Virus record (IMG/VR): IMGVR_UViG_3300012209_000006
Span: 16,493-80,492 of that record
Source of the DNA: a virus
DNA length: 64,000 bases
Reading direction: 5' to 3' (one strand)
The notes under the pieces were generated by a model, which saw nothing but the letters and a program-made list of their open reading frames with translations, searched no databases and was not told where the DNA came from. Below, piece by piece: positions 1 through 8,402 of the stretch. Position 1 is the stretch's first letter. The number at the start of each line of letters is the position of its first letter. The position numbers were made by a program, and so were the translations under genes.

Positions 1-1
1 C

Positions 2-649
2 GCAGTTCTGTTCGGCGGCGTTTGGGGCGTACAGAACCTAATTGAGAAGCACGACGAAAAGAAAGCTCAGCAAGCCCACGAAGAGCTGGCCATCGTCGTT
101 GATCAAGTCAAACGGTTGGAAACGACTCAAGCGCAGCACGACGCAGAATCGGCCCAACGCGACGCCGCACGCGACGCTCTACTCCAAGTCTTGGTGGCCA
201 CCATTCAGAAGCGCGACGCAGCTCTCGATGACCAAATCAAAAAGAACGCCTCACTCACGGCACTCCAGGCCGCGGCCAGATTGACCGATCAATACAAAGC
301 AGCCCCGGGCGAAATTGTAGCCAGCGGTGACACCGTTGTTTCTAACCTCCCCATCTCTCGCAAATTCGTAAACACTTTTGATTCGCTAATTGCGTGCAAG
401 GCTGACCTCACAGATACCAAGACTCAAGTTGCCGTCGAACAAGCGCGCGTCACAGACCTTAAGGTTCAGGTTTCTGATCGCGACAATACCATCGCCGGTA
501 AAGATCTAGAACTAGTCAAGCAGAAAGAAGCAGACGCCACCGATAAGAAAATCGCTGTCGACAAGGAAAAGAAGAAGCACAAGTGGTATGCTGTCGGAGG
601 AATTGTCTTGGTAGAAACGATCAAGTTCTATTTCACCGGCAAACTCTAA
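2..649 (+). CDS. 5'-truncated coiled-coil membrane protein, possibly spanin-like
   Basis: Frame is open from base 2 (AVLFGGVWGVQNLIEKH...), upstream of the track's 116 start; hydrophobic stretches at both ends flank a long coiled-coil-like region. Confidence 0.55.
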   Translation, partial: AVLFGGVWGVQNLIEKHDEKKAQQAHEELAIVVDQVKRLETTQAQHDAESAQRDAARDALLQVLVATIQKRDAALDDQIKKNASLTALQAAARLTDQYKAAPGEIVASGDTVVSNLPISRKFVNTFDSLIACKADLTDTKTQVAVEQARVTDLKVQVSDRDNTIAGKDLELVKQKEADATDKKIAVDKEKKKHKWYAVGGIVLVETIKFYFTGKL

Positions 650-661
650 CTTGGAGAGAAA

Positions 662-2305
662 ATGTCACAAGACAAGATTACGCAGACGGTCGAAGTCTTT
701 GAGAAGCGTGGCGGCAATATTAGAGCCACTGCGGCAGAGCTAGGAGTTTCGCGCAGCACTGTTCGTCGGCGCCTGACTCCCCTCGGAAAGATGGAGAAAC
801 CTCTCGCTGGCGGAACTGTCGGCGGCACGCCTACCGTCGTAAGGGCGCTCCCGAAGAAGGGTCAAATCAAGCGTTACATTCTTACTTCTGCGCAGAATAA
901 CACGTACGTTCATGACGGAGTTCTGGCGAACCTCGAGGCTTTGGCGAAGCACTACTCGGCCGAGATCATCGTCGGAAGCTACACGTACAATCAAAACAAT
1001 TATGGCAAGTTGAGCGTGAAACGCGGAAAAGACAAAGACGCACAGAAGCAACTGTGGTACGATTCTAAGATCGAAAACTACATCAAGGACAATCGCATTC
1101 AATTGGCCGACGGCCTCGTGTGGTGTGGCGAGTACAACGCTCTCCCGACCAACGTTAATCCTCTGGCTGGTCTAGAGGCCTATACCGGCCGGAAGTCGTC
1201 GATCTTCCCCCACGCCAAGTTGGCAATGCGCAGTATCCCAACCATGCAAGGTGAAGGCGTCAAACTGAATTACACCACTGGTACAGTGACTCAGCGCAAC
1301 TACATTCAGAAACGTGAAGGTGTGATCGCAGAGTTTCATCACATTTACGGAGCCCTTCTGGTTGAAGTCAACTCCGACGGTAACTGGTGGGTTCGTCAAC
1401 TGAATCAAGACGAAGGTACCGGAACCCTGCAAGATCTCAACGTGTTGGTTAAGGCTGGTGAAGTAGTCTCCACCGTCGAGCGCGTCGAGGCTATTACTCA
1501 CGGCGACCTTCACGGCACTTTCGCAGACCCAGACGTGGTTAAGACGTCCTTGAATATGGTGGATGATTTACAGCCTAAGTATCAGTTCCTTCACGATGTA
1601 ATGGAAGGCGCGGCGGTAAATCCTCATCAGCGCAAGTATCAGACGGCGCACGAGAAGTTTCACACTTGGCTTCGAGGATACCACAAGCTGGACAACGAAT
1701 TGATCGACACCGCAAAGTTACTCGAAGCATACGATCGTCCGTTCGCCCAGACGGTAATCGTAGACGCCAATCATGACGACGTGTGGCTGAAACGGTGGCT
1801 CCGCGAGTATGACTACAGAAAAGATCCGCCGAACACCGAAGTCTTTTTGAAATTGCAGACGTATCTGTATAATCAGATTCGCAACGGAGTTACCGACGAG
1901 CAATCGCGGGCTCGCAAAGCTAACCCCAAGATGGTCCGCGATATCGGCGTACTTGAATACGCATTCCGAGAAGTGGCTGGCTACAAGGCCCCCGCAAAGT
2001 TTCTTCTAGCGGATGAGTCGTTCAAAACGTGCGATGGTAAAATCGAGAACGGCATGCACGGTCATTTCGGGCCCAACGGAAGGTTCGGCACTCCTGAGAA
2101 CCTTTCCAAGATGGCGCGCAAGGCCAACACAGCACATACGCATAGCACAGGCATTTGGAACGGGCTCTACGTTGCGGGCACCAGCAGCAAGCTTCGGTGG
2201 GATTACGCTAAAGGTCCAAGCGCTTGGAGCCACAGCCACGTTGTTACATACCCGAACGGGAAGAGATCGATCATCACAATCTACGCAGGAAAATGGAGAG
2301 CATAA
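662..2305 (+). CDS. N-terminal HTH plus calcineurin-like metallophosphoesterase
   Basis: HTH NIRATAAELGVSRSTVRRRL; metal motifs HGDLHG, HDV, ANHD, HGH, AHTHS; RBS GGAG before ATG. Confidence 0.75.
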   Translation: MSQDKITQTVEVFEKRGGNIRATAAELGVSRSTVRRRLTPLGKMEKPLAGGTVGGTPTVVRALPKKGQIKRYILTSAQNNTYVHDGVLANLEALAKHYSAEIIVGSYTYNQNNYGKLSVKRGKDKDAQKQLWYDSKIENYIKDNRIQLADGLVWCGEYNALPTNVNPLAGLEAYTGRKSSIFPHAKLAMRSIPTMQGEGVKLNYTTGTVTQRNYIQKREGVIAEFHHIYGALLVEVNSDGNWWVRQLNQDEGTGTLQDLNVLVKAGEVVSTVERVEAITHGDLHGTFADPDVVKTSLNMVDDLQPKYQFLHDVMEGAAVNPHQRKYQTAHEKFHTWLRGYHKLDNELIDTAKLLEAYDRPFAQTVIVDANHDDVWLKRWLREYDYRKDPPNTEVFLKLQTYLYNQIRNGVTDEQSRARKANPKMVRDIGVLEYAFREVAGYKAPAKFLLADESFKTCDGKIENGMHGHFGPNGRFGTPENLSKMARKANTAHTHSTGIWNGLYVAGTSSKLRWDYAKGPSAWSHSHVVTYPNGKRSIITIYAGKWRA

Positions 2306-2502
2306 TGACAAAACCAAAGAAACAAACGTTTGACGTCTATGTTCGTCGCAATCACTTTTTTACAGCGACAATCGAAGCGGCCACGTTAGATCAAGCTCTC
2401 GAAATCGCAAACAACATGACGGAGGACGATCTTTTGGACGCTCCGGGGGACACTCTTGAAAGCGTTTTTGATATCGAAGGCGCGCTTAAAAATAGTGATT
2501 GA
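2305..2502 (+). CDS. Hypothetical protein (65 aa)
   Basis: ATG overlaps the upstream TAA (TAATG); in frame with track ORF 2224..2502. Confidence 0.7.
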   Translation: MTKPKKQTFDVYVRRNHFFTATIEAATLDQALEIANNMTEDDLLDAPGDTLESVFDIEGALKNSD

Positions 2503-2527
2503 CATCCGCTAGAACTTGTAGTATAGT
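2499..2527 (+). promoter_or_regulatory. Sigma70-type promoter
   Basis: TTGACA(2499-2504)-17 bp-TATAGT(2522-2527), upstream of GGAG RBS and ATG 2551. Confidence 0.8.
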
Positions 2528-2550
2528 CTTTAGTAGGAGAGGACCGAACG

Positions 2551-2976
2551 ATGGCTGATTTCAATAGAGACCGCGTATTCGAAAGCGGCGCTGATCGCAG
2601 TTCGGACGCAGGCAAATCGCACCCTGATCGCGCTCTATCGCCTTTGGTGCTTGAGCGCTTCGCGAAATACATGCTTGATCACAACAGCACAGCGAACCCA
2701 CCCCGTCGTGAAGATCAGTGGCAGTTAGGATTCCCTCAAGATTCATTCATGGAATCCGGATGGCGCCACGTCCATGCGTGGTGGTCTTTGCACCGCGGCC
2801 TACCCGTTAAAAACGAAAAAGGCCAGCCGGTTACGGATATCCAAGAAGTTCTGTGTGCGGTGTTCTTCAACGTGCAAGGTTATTTGCACAATCTTTTGGT
2901 TGAAGAGTTTAAGACGGAAAACCCAGAGGCCTACAATCGAATGATGGGTGAACTGAAAAAGAGGGTTGCCAAGTGA
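2551..2976 (+). CDS. dATP/dGTP diphosphohydrolase domain protein (DUF5664-like)
   Basis: FESGADRSSDAGK...LERFAKYM...WQLGFP..SFMESGWRH...AVFFN matches the family pattern by eye. Confidence 0.7.
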   Translation: MADFNRDRVFESGADRSSDAGKSHPDRALSPLVLERFAKYMLDHNSTANPPRREDQWQLGFPQDSFMESGWRHVHAWWSLHRGLPVKNEKGQPVTDIQEVLCAVFFNVQGYLHNLLVEEFKTENPEAYNRMMGELKKRVAK

Positions 2977-3377
2977 GCGAGACCAACGACAAAGGTTTGA
3001 CGCCGCATGGTACGGGCCGATTCATTGCACCTTTGTACCAGGAGTATTTGAAGCGTCCGTACATTTCGCTCAACCGGCCGTTCTCCTATCACGACCTTCG
3101 GGATCTGATTACGCAGTGTGCCATATTCCTTATCCGCGATCGGTCCAAGACGATGTTGAATTACAACGAGGCTTTCGAGAAGTTTTCTGAGATGATCGCA
3201 GAGAGGAACGCTTTCGGAGAGAAGAAGTACGGCGAAGGCCTTAGGGCTGATAACGGTTACGAGGCAGCGCTGTTGGCTCTCGAAGAGCTAGCAGATGCTG
3301 GGATGTACTGCACGATGAAGATCGAAGAAAACGATTCAAAAGGAATGAAAGTAGATAATTACAGGAAACCAAAATGA
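2973..3377 (+). CDS. Small helical NTP-pyrophosphohydrolase-like (MazG-superfamily-like) protein
   Basis: C-terminal GEKKYGEGLRADNG...ALEELADAGMY resembles the EExxD helix; GTGA overlap start, alternative ATG at 3153. Confidence 0.45.
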   Translation: MSETNDKGLTPHGTGRFIAPLYQEYLKRPYISLNRPFSYHDLRDLITQCAIFLIRDRSKTMLNYNEAFEKFSEMIAERNAFGEKKYGEGLRADNGYEAALLALEELADAGMYCTMKIEENDSKGMKVDNYRKPK

Positions 3378-4168
3378 CTGATTCATGGAACACAGCGCAT
3401 CCAGAGAAGATGGCAGAAGCGACTAAGAGGTATAGGGTTGCCCATCCAGAAAAAATACGCGCAGCAAACAAGAAACGAAATAGGCGATTTCTTAGATACG
3501 GAATTACCTATGAAGAATTTGTTCGTATGCTTGATAGACAACACAGAAAGTGTATGTGTTGTTTGGAGGATATCAACGAAAAAACAGCTAATGTTGATCA
3601 TCGTCACGATGATTCCAAGTTTGTTCGTGGCCTCCTTTGCAGAAATTGTAACTGGGCTTTAGGCAACGTAAAAGATAACACCATGACGTTAAGAAGGCTT
3701 ATGGCTTATGTCGATTACGATCGCACAAAAACACATATTTATTTGGCCGGTTCTTTGAGGAACCCGCGCATTCCGGAGATCGGAAATTTGTTGCGCTCGG
3801 CGGGTTTCGATGTGATGGATGAATGGTGTACTCCGGGTGAGCTGGCGGATGACAATTGGCAGAAGTATGAGAAACTTCGCGGCAGGAGTTACGCCGAAGC
3901 CTTGCGAGGACGCGGCCCTCAAAATATTTTTTCTTTTGATCGTGCGTATCTTGATTTTTCTGACATAGTTATAGCAGCTGCTCCGTTTGGAAAATCCGCG
4001 ATGATCGAGTTAGGTTACGCCAAGGGTAGAGGTAAGAGAGTTTACATCTTTCTGGATGGCAATGAGCCGGAGCGATTCGAAGTTATGCCGAATTTCGTGG
4101 ATAAGCTTTTTTCTTCGGAAGAAGAAATGCTTAAAGAATTACAACTTTTAAAGGAGAACTATCAATGA
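3374..4168 (+). CDS. Endonuclease VII domain fused to nucleoside 2-deoxyribosyltransferase-like domain
   Basis: CMCC...VDHRHD..VRGLLCRNCN (EndoVII), then IYLAGS...DIV...GKSAMIELGYA (NDT-like); internal AAGAAGG plus ATG at 3701. Confidence 0.75.
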   Translation: MTDSWNTAHPEKMAEATKRYRVAHPEKIRAANKKRNRRFLRYGITYEEFVRMLDRQHRKCMCCLEDINEKTANVDHRHDDSKFVRGLLCRNCNWALGNVKDNTMTLRRLMAYVDYDRTKTHIYLAGSLRNPRIPEIGNLLRSAGFDVMDEWCTPGELADDNWQKYEKLRGRSYAEALRGRGPQNIFSFDRAYLDFSDIVIAAAPFGKSAMIELGYAKGRGKRVYIFLDGNEPERFEVMPNFVDKLFSSEEEMLKELQLLKENYQ

Positions 4169-4503
4169 TTCAAGACAAAGTTAGCCGTACCATTTCGTGT
4201 GACAACAAAGGCTGCGATAAGACCGTGACCTTTGCCCCCGACAATCAAGAAGAGATCGCAGCCCTCCCTGAGTGGCTTCGAACGTTTCGAAACGTGAACC
4301 TAGGAAACGGCGCCAAGTTTGGCTACTGCTCCGACGTTTGCGAAGTCGAAGGCGCGACCACTGGTCAGCATAACGTTCCGGAACCTCCCAAAGTCCTGGC
4401 AGCTAACGCTGGCGACGTTAAGAGGGCCGTTGTTGAAGCCAAGATCGCGGAAGCAATGAAGACGCAACCCGGTGATGGCGCAGGTAAAGTAACTCTGTCG
4501 TAA
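4165..4503 (+). CDS. Hypothetical Cys-containing (putative Zn-binding) protein
   Basis: CDNKGC and YCSDVC pairs; ATGA overlap with upstream stop. Confidence 0.7.
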   Translation: MIQDKVSRTISCDNKGCDKTVTFAPDNQEEIAALPEWLRTFRNVNLGNGAKFGYCSDVCEVEGATTGQHNVPEPPKVLAANAGDVKRAVVEAKIAEAMKTQPGDGAGKVTLS

Positions 4504-4513
4504 GAGAGGGACC

Positions 4514-4825
4514 ATGGATGTTTTTATTCACATTAGGGGATTCCTTCGCGTGCCGATCGGGGAAGCGACTTTCAAATCGCACAAGTTCTCTGTTCGGCAC
4601 GACGACTCCGAAAAAATCGCGGAGTTCATCAACGACGCGATGATGGAGATCGTTAACATGAAAGGTATGATCACCCCCAAAGATGAAAACAAATCGACCA
4701 AGGGAATCGAAGGCTTCAACAACATAAAGTTCTGGCATATAGATAACTTCGCTCATTTCGAGATCGAGACGAAGATTCTAACGGCTCAGATTCCCGACCC
4801 CAAGAGAGTGGAGCTACTGCAATGA
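4514..4825 (+). CDS. Hypothetical protein
   Basis: GAGGG RBS; ATGA coupling to the next gene. Confidence 0.7.
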   Translation: MDVFIHIRGFLRVPIGEATFKSHKFSVRHDDSEKIAEFINDAMMEIVNMKGMITPKDENKSTKGIEGFNNIKFWHIDNFAHFEIETKILTAQIPDPKRVELLQ

Positions 4826-5322
4826 TCGAACCATTTGTCATCACAGGCGAGATCGACGCCAAGATCGCCAATAACTTCTTCACGTTGGCCGGCGCGGGTC
4901 TCATCACGGATGTTGTGATAAGCTCCGTGGGCGGAGACATTGGCCTGACGTTCGGTATGTTCGACGTGATCCGAATGCTAAGCATCAACACGCATGTCGT
5001 GGGTATCGCGCAGTCTGCGGCCGCCGTATTGCTACAGGCGGGCAAGCTACGCACCATGACGGACGCCAGCCTACTCCAGTTCCACGCGCCGGAAGAGCAC
5101 GTCACTGACGCGCAGTTTCGGCTCTATACTCAGCTTGTCGAGATGGTCGCGCAGCGTACTGGTTTGCACATAACCGAAGCTCACGATCTGTTCGACAACA
5201 AGTTCATCACCGCCAACAAGGCCCAAGAGTTGGGCCTTATTGACGAGATTGCAACTCCGGCTCCTACGGACCCGAGAGATACTGACATCATAAGGTGGGT
5301 GAGAAATGGGCGAAGTAATTAG
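4822..5322 (+). CDS. clpP: ClpP-family serine protease subunit
   Basis: ISSVGGDI, GIAQSAAAVLL (catalytic Ser), LLQFH (His), FITANKAQELGLIDEI typical of ClpP. Confidence 0.8.
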   Translation: MIEPFVITGEIDAKIANNFFTLAGAGLITDVVISSVGGDIGLTFGMFDVIRMLSINTHVVGIAQSAAAVLLQAGKLRTMTDASLLQFHAPEEHVTDAQFRLYTQLVEMVAQRTGLHITEAHDLFDNKFITANKAQELGLIDEIATPAPTDPRDTDIIRWVRNGRSN

Positions 5323-5599
5323 CATGGACGCAAAGAAAGACAAGCTTAAGGACGCCGTCGCGGCGTTCACGTTCTCGCGCTTGCCGCGGGAGCAGCGCAT
5401 TGCTCAAATTATGTATGGAATTCTTTCTCACGAGACTACGGGGTTAGAGAATGATTCTATTCACGATAATGGAGCAATTGTTCTTAAAATCACCGACAGT
5501 GAAGGACTAATCGAACTGGCTTCTATGCTCGAGCCATATGCATTAAAAGATTTTGCAGTCCGTTACGGACACTTGGGAGACGGCGTTGCCAAGGCGTAA
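5306..5599 (+). CDS. Hypothetical protein
   Basis: 97-aa ORF in the operon, overlapping clpP end. Confidence 0.6.
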   Translation: MGEVISMDAKKDKLKDAVAAFTFSRLPREQRIAQIMYGILSHETTGLENDSIHDNGAIVLKITDSEGLIELASMLEPYALKDFAVRYGHLGDGVAKA

Positions 5600-5960
5600 A
5601 GTATCAGACAATCGCGCAGAGGAAGTAGAATATCGTCTGCTTTCTATGATTCAACGAAGAGAGGCATATGGCGGTCCGGAAATTCGGGTCCGCCTTACTG
5701 CGATTCTTTTGTTGGCAAAGCTGTGGAAAGTCGATATGGCGGGAATCGCCGTCGAGCATTGGCTCGATATGGCCGGAGTGACGGACAAGAACACTAGAAT
5801 GGCTATGTCTGGCGTTTTGGATTTCTCTGTCCTGAAAGAAGTAGGAACAGGTGTGCCTCCTGCGTTTGTTCCCAATCCCAAGGATCCTAAACTTGTTGAA
5901 GAAAAGCCCTTGACTTCTGCTCCGACCCGTAGTATCCTTGAAGAGTTTGGAGAAAAATGA
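5586..5960 (+). CDS. Hypothetical protein
   Basis: TTG at 5586 behind GGGAG, in frame with track ORF 5553..5960; start uncertain. Confidence 0.6.
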   Translation: MPRRKVSDNRAEEVEYRLLSMIQRREAYGGPEIRVRLTAILLLAKLWKVDMAGIAVEHWLDMAGVTDKNTRMAMSGVLDFSVLKEVGTGVPPAFVPNPKDPKLVEEKPLTSAPTRSILEEFGEK

Positions 5961-6337
5961 TGGCGATCAAATACATTCCAGCATTCGAAGACAAAATGAT
6001 TCCAGGTGACTGGCGTGTCGAGGCGATGAACGAACATACCGGCGAAGTTTACATAGCTATTTTTACCGGAGTCGAAGCTGAACGTCGAGCTGCCGAATAC
6101 GCTGCTTTCAAGATGGGTAAACTACCGGCGCCTAAGTCGGCAGTAGCGACGGCAGCCCCGGCCCCTGTGTTCGGCGCAACCCCAGAGTTCGTCATCAAAA
6201 CGGACAATGGTCACGAACTTCTGATTCGGCCAGACGGCCTAATATGGACTTACGACAAGAAACGTGAAAAGATTTCTGCTTGGCCCAAGGGGCCGATCGA
6301 ACTTCTAAGCACTAATAAAACGAAAGAAGGAAAATAA
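5957..6337 (+). CDS. Hypothetical protein
   Basis: ATGA overlap upstream and TAATG overlap downstream. Confidence 0.7.
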   Translation: MMAIKYIPAFEDKMIPGDWRVEAMNEHTGEVYIAIFTGVEAERRAAEYAAFKMGKLPAPKSAVATAAPAPVFGATPEFVIKTDNGHELLIRPDGLIWTYDKKREKISAWPKGPIELLSTNKTKEGK

Positions 6338-7044
6338 TGTTACTCGCATCATTCGACTTGGAAACAACAAGTTTGGATCTCAACCAAGCGCGCGTGATTG
6401 AGGTTGGTGCGCTTCTCTACACGACCACTTTCAAACGTGTCGTTATGGCGGAGAGTTTTCTAGTCGACAACGAAGAGCCGATTGGAAAAGAAAGCTCGGA
6501 CCTCACCAAAATCAACACGGCTATGGTAGGCAAGTTTGGTCTGACGCCGTCCGACGCTCTGTCCCGTTTGCAGAATTATTTTGACATGGCAGACACTGTG
6601 GTTGGTATGAATATACTTGATTACGATTTGCCGGTCTATAAAAACTGGTGTCTTCGTGAAACTCAAGAGCCCATCGAACGTCCCACGATCGATATCATGA
6701 CGGATCTTCCTGGGGTGGAATCTAAGAAGTTGGCGTACATGGCGGCAGACGCAGGTTTCCTGAACCCGTCCCCCCACGCTGCCCTAGCCGATGCATGGAC
6801 TGCGCTTCGTTTGATCGAGAGTCAGCCGGATTTTGCGAAAGTCGTCGAGCGGTCGAAGTCGCCCCGGGTTTATTTGAAAGCGCTGGTTACGTTCGACACG
6901 AACTATCTAGCCAAGGAGCGGAAGTTCAAATGGGATCCCGCCACTAAGACGTGGTATAAGGTCGTCAAAGAAATGGATGTTGACCAAGAAGCCAAAGAGT
7001 GCCAGTTCGATTTGAAGCGCATCCAACCAATCATTTCTCAATAA
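6337..7044 (+). CDS. DEDDh 3'-5' exonuclease (DnaQ/epsilon-like) with short C-terminal DUF5710-like domain
   Basis: FDLETT, GMNILDYD, HAALAD motifs; tail AKERKFKWDPATKTWY. Confidence 0.85.
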   Translation: MLLASFDLETTSLDLNQARVIEVGALLYTTTFKRVVMAESFLVDNEEPIGKESSDLTKINTAMVGKFGLTPSDALSRLQNYFDMADTVVGMNILDYDLPVYKNWCLRETQEPIERPTIDIMTDLPGVESKKLAYMAADAGFLNPSPHAALADAWTALRLIESQPDFAKVVERSKSPRVYLKALVTFDTNYLAKERKFKWDPATKTWYKVVKEMDVDQEAKECQFDLKRIQPIISQ

Positions 7045-7100
7045 GAGTTTTGGGCGCAAGCCTGAATGCATCTAAACCGAAAAACAAAGGAAATCAAAAA

Positions 7101-7682
7101 ATGGGAATCGTAGTCGATGATAAACCAGCAGGACCACCGAAGGTATATCCAGTCGCATCCGAGGGCGTCGCTCTAGTCGTTCTAGCCGACGTTGAAGATC
7201 TCGGAGTTCAGCAGAATCAGTTTTACGGAGCCAGGAGAGAAGTTCGTCTCACCTGGGTCGTAAACGAAAAGGATCCCGAAGGCAACTATTTCGTGATCTC
7301 GCGTAAATACACCGCGTCTCTCCACGAGAAGTCGAATCTTTTCGGAGACGTGAAAGACATGATTGGTCGCACGCCCCCGACGTCTCTTGACATCGAAACC
7401 TTGATCGGCACCGTCAATTCCGGCGTCATCAAACAAGTCGATGGCAAGGATAAGAATGAAGGCAAGAAATTTGCAAATATCAAGGCGTTCTTGGCTCCTC
7501 GCGCAGGCGAGATGTTCGCGATCCCCAAGGATTTCGTTCGTGGCAAGGACGGCGGCAAGTTCGGTCGCGCGCAGCAACAGCGCGGCAGCAGCACTCAAAC
7601 TCGTACGGCAGCTAACGTTCAGACCGCGGCAACGCGTCAGGCGCCGGCCCAAGAAGTGGCCGACGAAGATATTCCTTTTTAA
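7101..7682 (+). CDS. Putative phage single-stranded DNA-binding protein
   Basis: Beta-rich core, Gln/Ala low-complexity linker and acidic C-terminus DEDIPF; AAGGAA RBS before ATG 7101. Confidence 0.7.
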   Translation: MGIVVDDKPAGPPKVYPVASEGVALVVLADVEDLGVQQNQFYGARREVRLTWVVNEKDPEGNYFVISRKYTASLHEKSNLFGDVKDMIGRTPPTSLDIETLIGTVNSGVIKQVDGKDKNEGKKFANIKAFLAPRAGEMFAIPKDFVRGKDGGKFGRAQQQRGSSTQTRTAANVQTAATRQAPAQEVADEDIPF

Positions 7683-7694
7683 GGAATCGATGTT

Positions 7695-7800
7695 GTGCAG
7701 CCATTCTGCACTGATCTGGTGGTAGGGGAGATCGCGGCTAGCTCGTTACCGAGCACAGACGACCAATCGTGTCGCACTCCCCGATCCTGGTAGCACCAGC
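7695..7800 (+). ncRNA. Candidate structured RNA (three-way junction)
   Basis: GTGCAG/CTGCAC hairpin; nested CTGGTG/CACCAG, GGGGAG/CTCCCC, GCGGC/GTCGC closing hairpins GCTCG-TTAC-CGAGC and ACGA-CCAA-TCGT. Confidence 0.4.
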
Positions 7801-7829
7801 AAGAATGCCAAAAATCCAGGACCAATTTT

Positions 7830-8402
7830 ATGAGCCGATATAACAGAATCAAAGTCTGTAAGAAAAACATCCATAAGATGACGCCGGAAAATACCGGCAA
7901 GAAAGGGGTTTGTATAGCCTGCAAAAACGCATACAAACGCCAATGGAGATTAGATCACCCGGGATACGGGCTAGCTTATCAACGAGCACACAAATAGCAG
8001 ATAAACAAAAATCACAAAGAAAGACGGAAGCAAAACCCAGAAAAAGCAAAACAGTATTATCGGTTATTTACGTACAACTTATCCGAAGAAAGGTATCAAG
8101 AGTTTTTACGCGAGCAAAGCGGAGTTTGCGTTTGCGGATTTCCTTTCGATAGCGCGCAACATAGTCCATGCATTGATCACGATCATACGTGTTGTTCTGG
8201 AGATCGATCGTGTGGAAAATGCATACGTGGAATTTTAGGTAAGTCTTGTAACATAATTCTGGGACTCGCGCAGGACAACAATACAGGCGTTCTTTCTAGG
8301 CTATCTGAGTACACAAGGATATGGGGAAAAAACAATGAGTTTCAAAGATCTGGCACTCCCTCTGGCGATGCGAAATGTGCCGGTCGTAAGATTGCAACCT
8401 AA
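7830..8402 (+). pseudogene. Endonuclease VII homing endonuclease with in-frame TAG at 7995-7997
   Basis: Hand translation MSRYNRIKVC...CIAC...RAHK*QINK...CVCG...CIDHDHTCCSGDRSCGKCIRGILGKSCN...; not in the ORF track. Confidence 0.8.

Noticed and set aside
4822-5322. ClpP as prohead maturation protease
   Set aside because: About 20 kb from the head genes, in an early operon, and a separate scaffold is present; not excluded experimentally.
7995-7997. Genome-wide TAG reassignment or amber suppression
   Set aside because: TAG ends several genes cleanly (18956, 22251, 36582, 37687, 47795, 51902, 63527) and the only tRNA has anticodon GTT.
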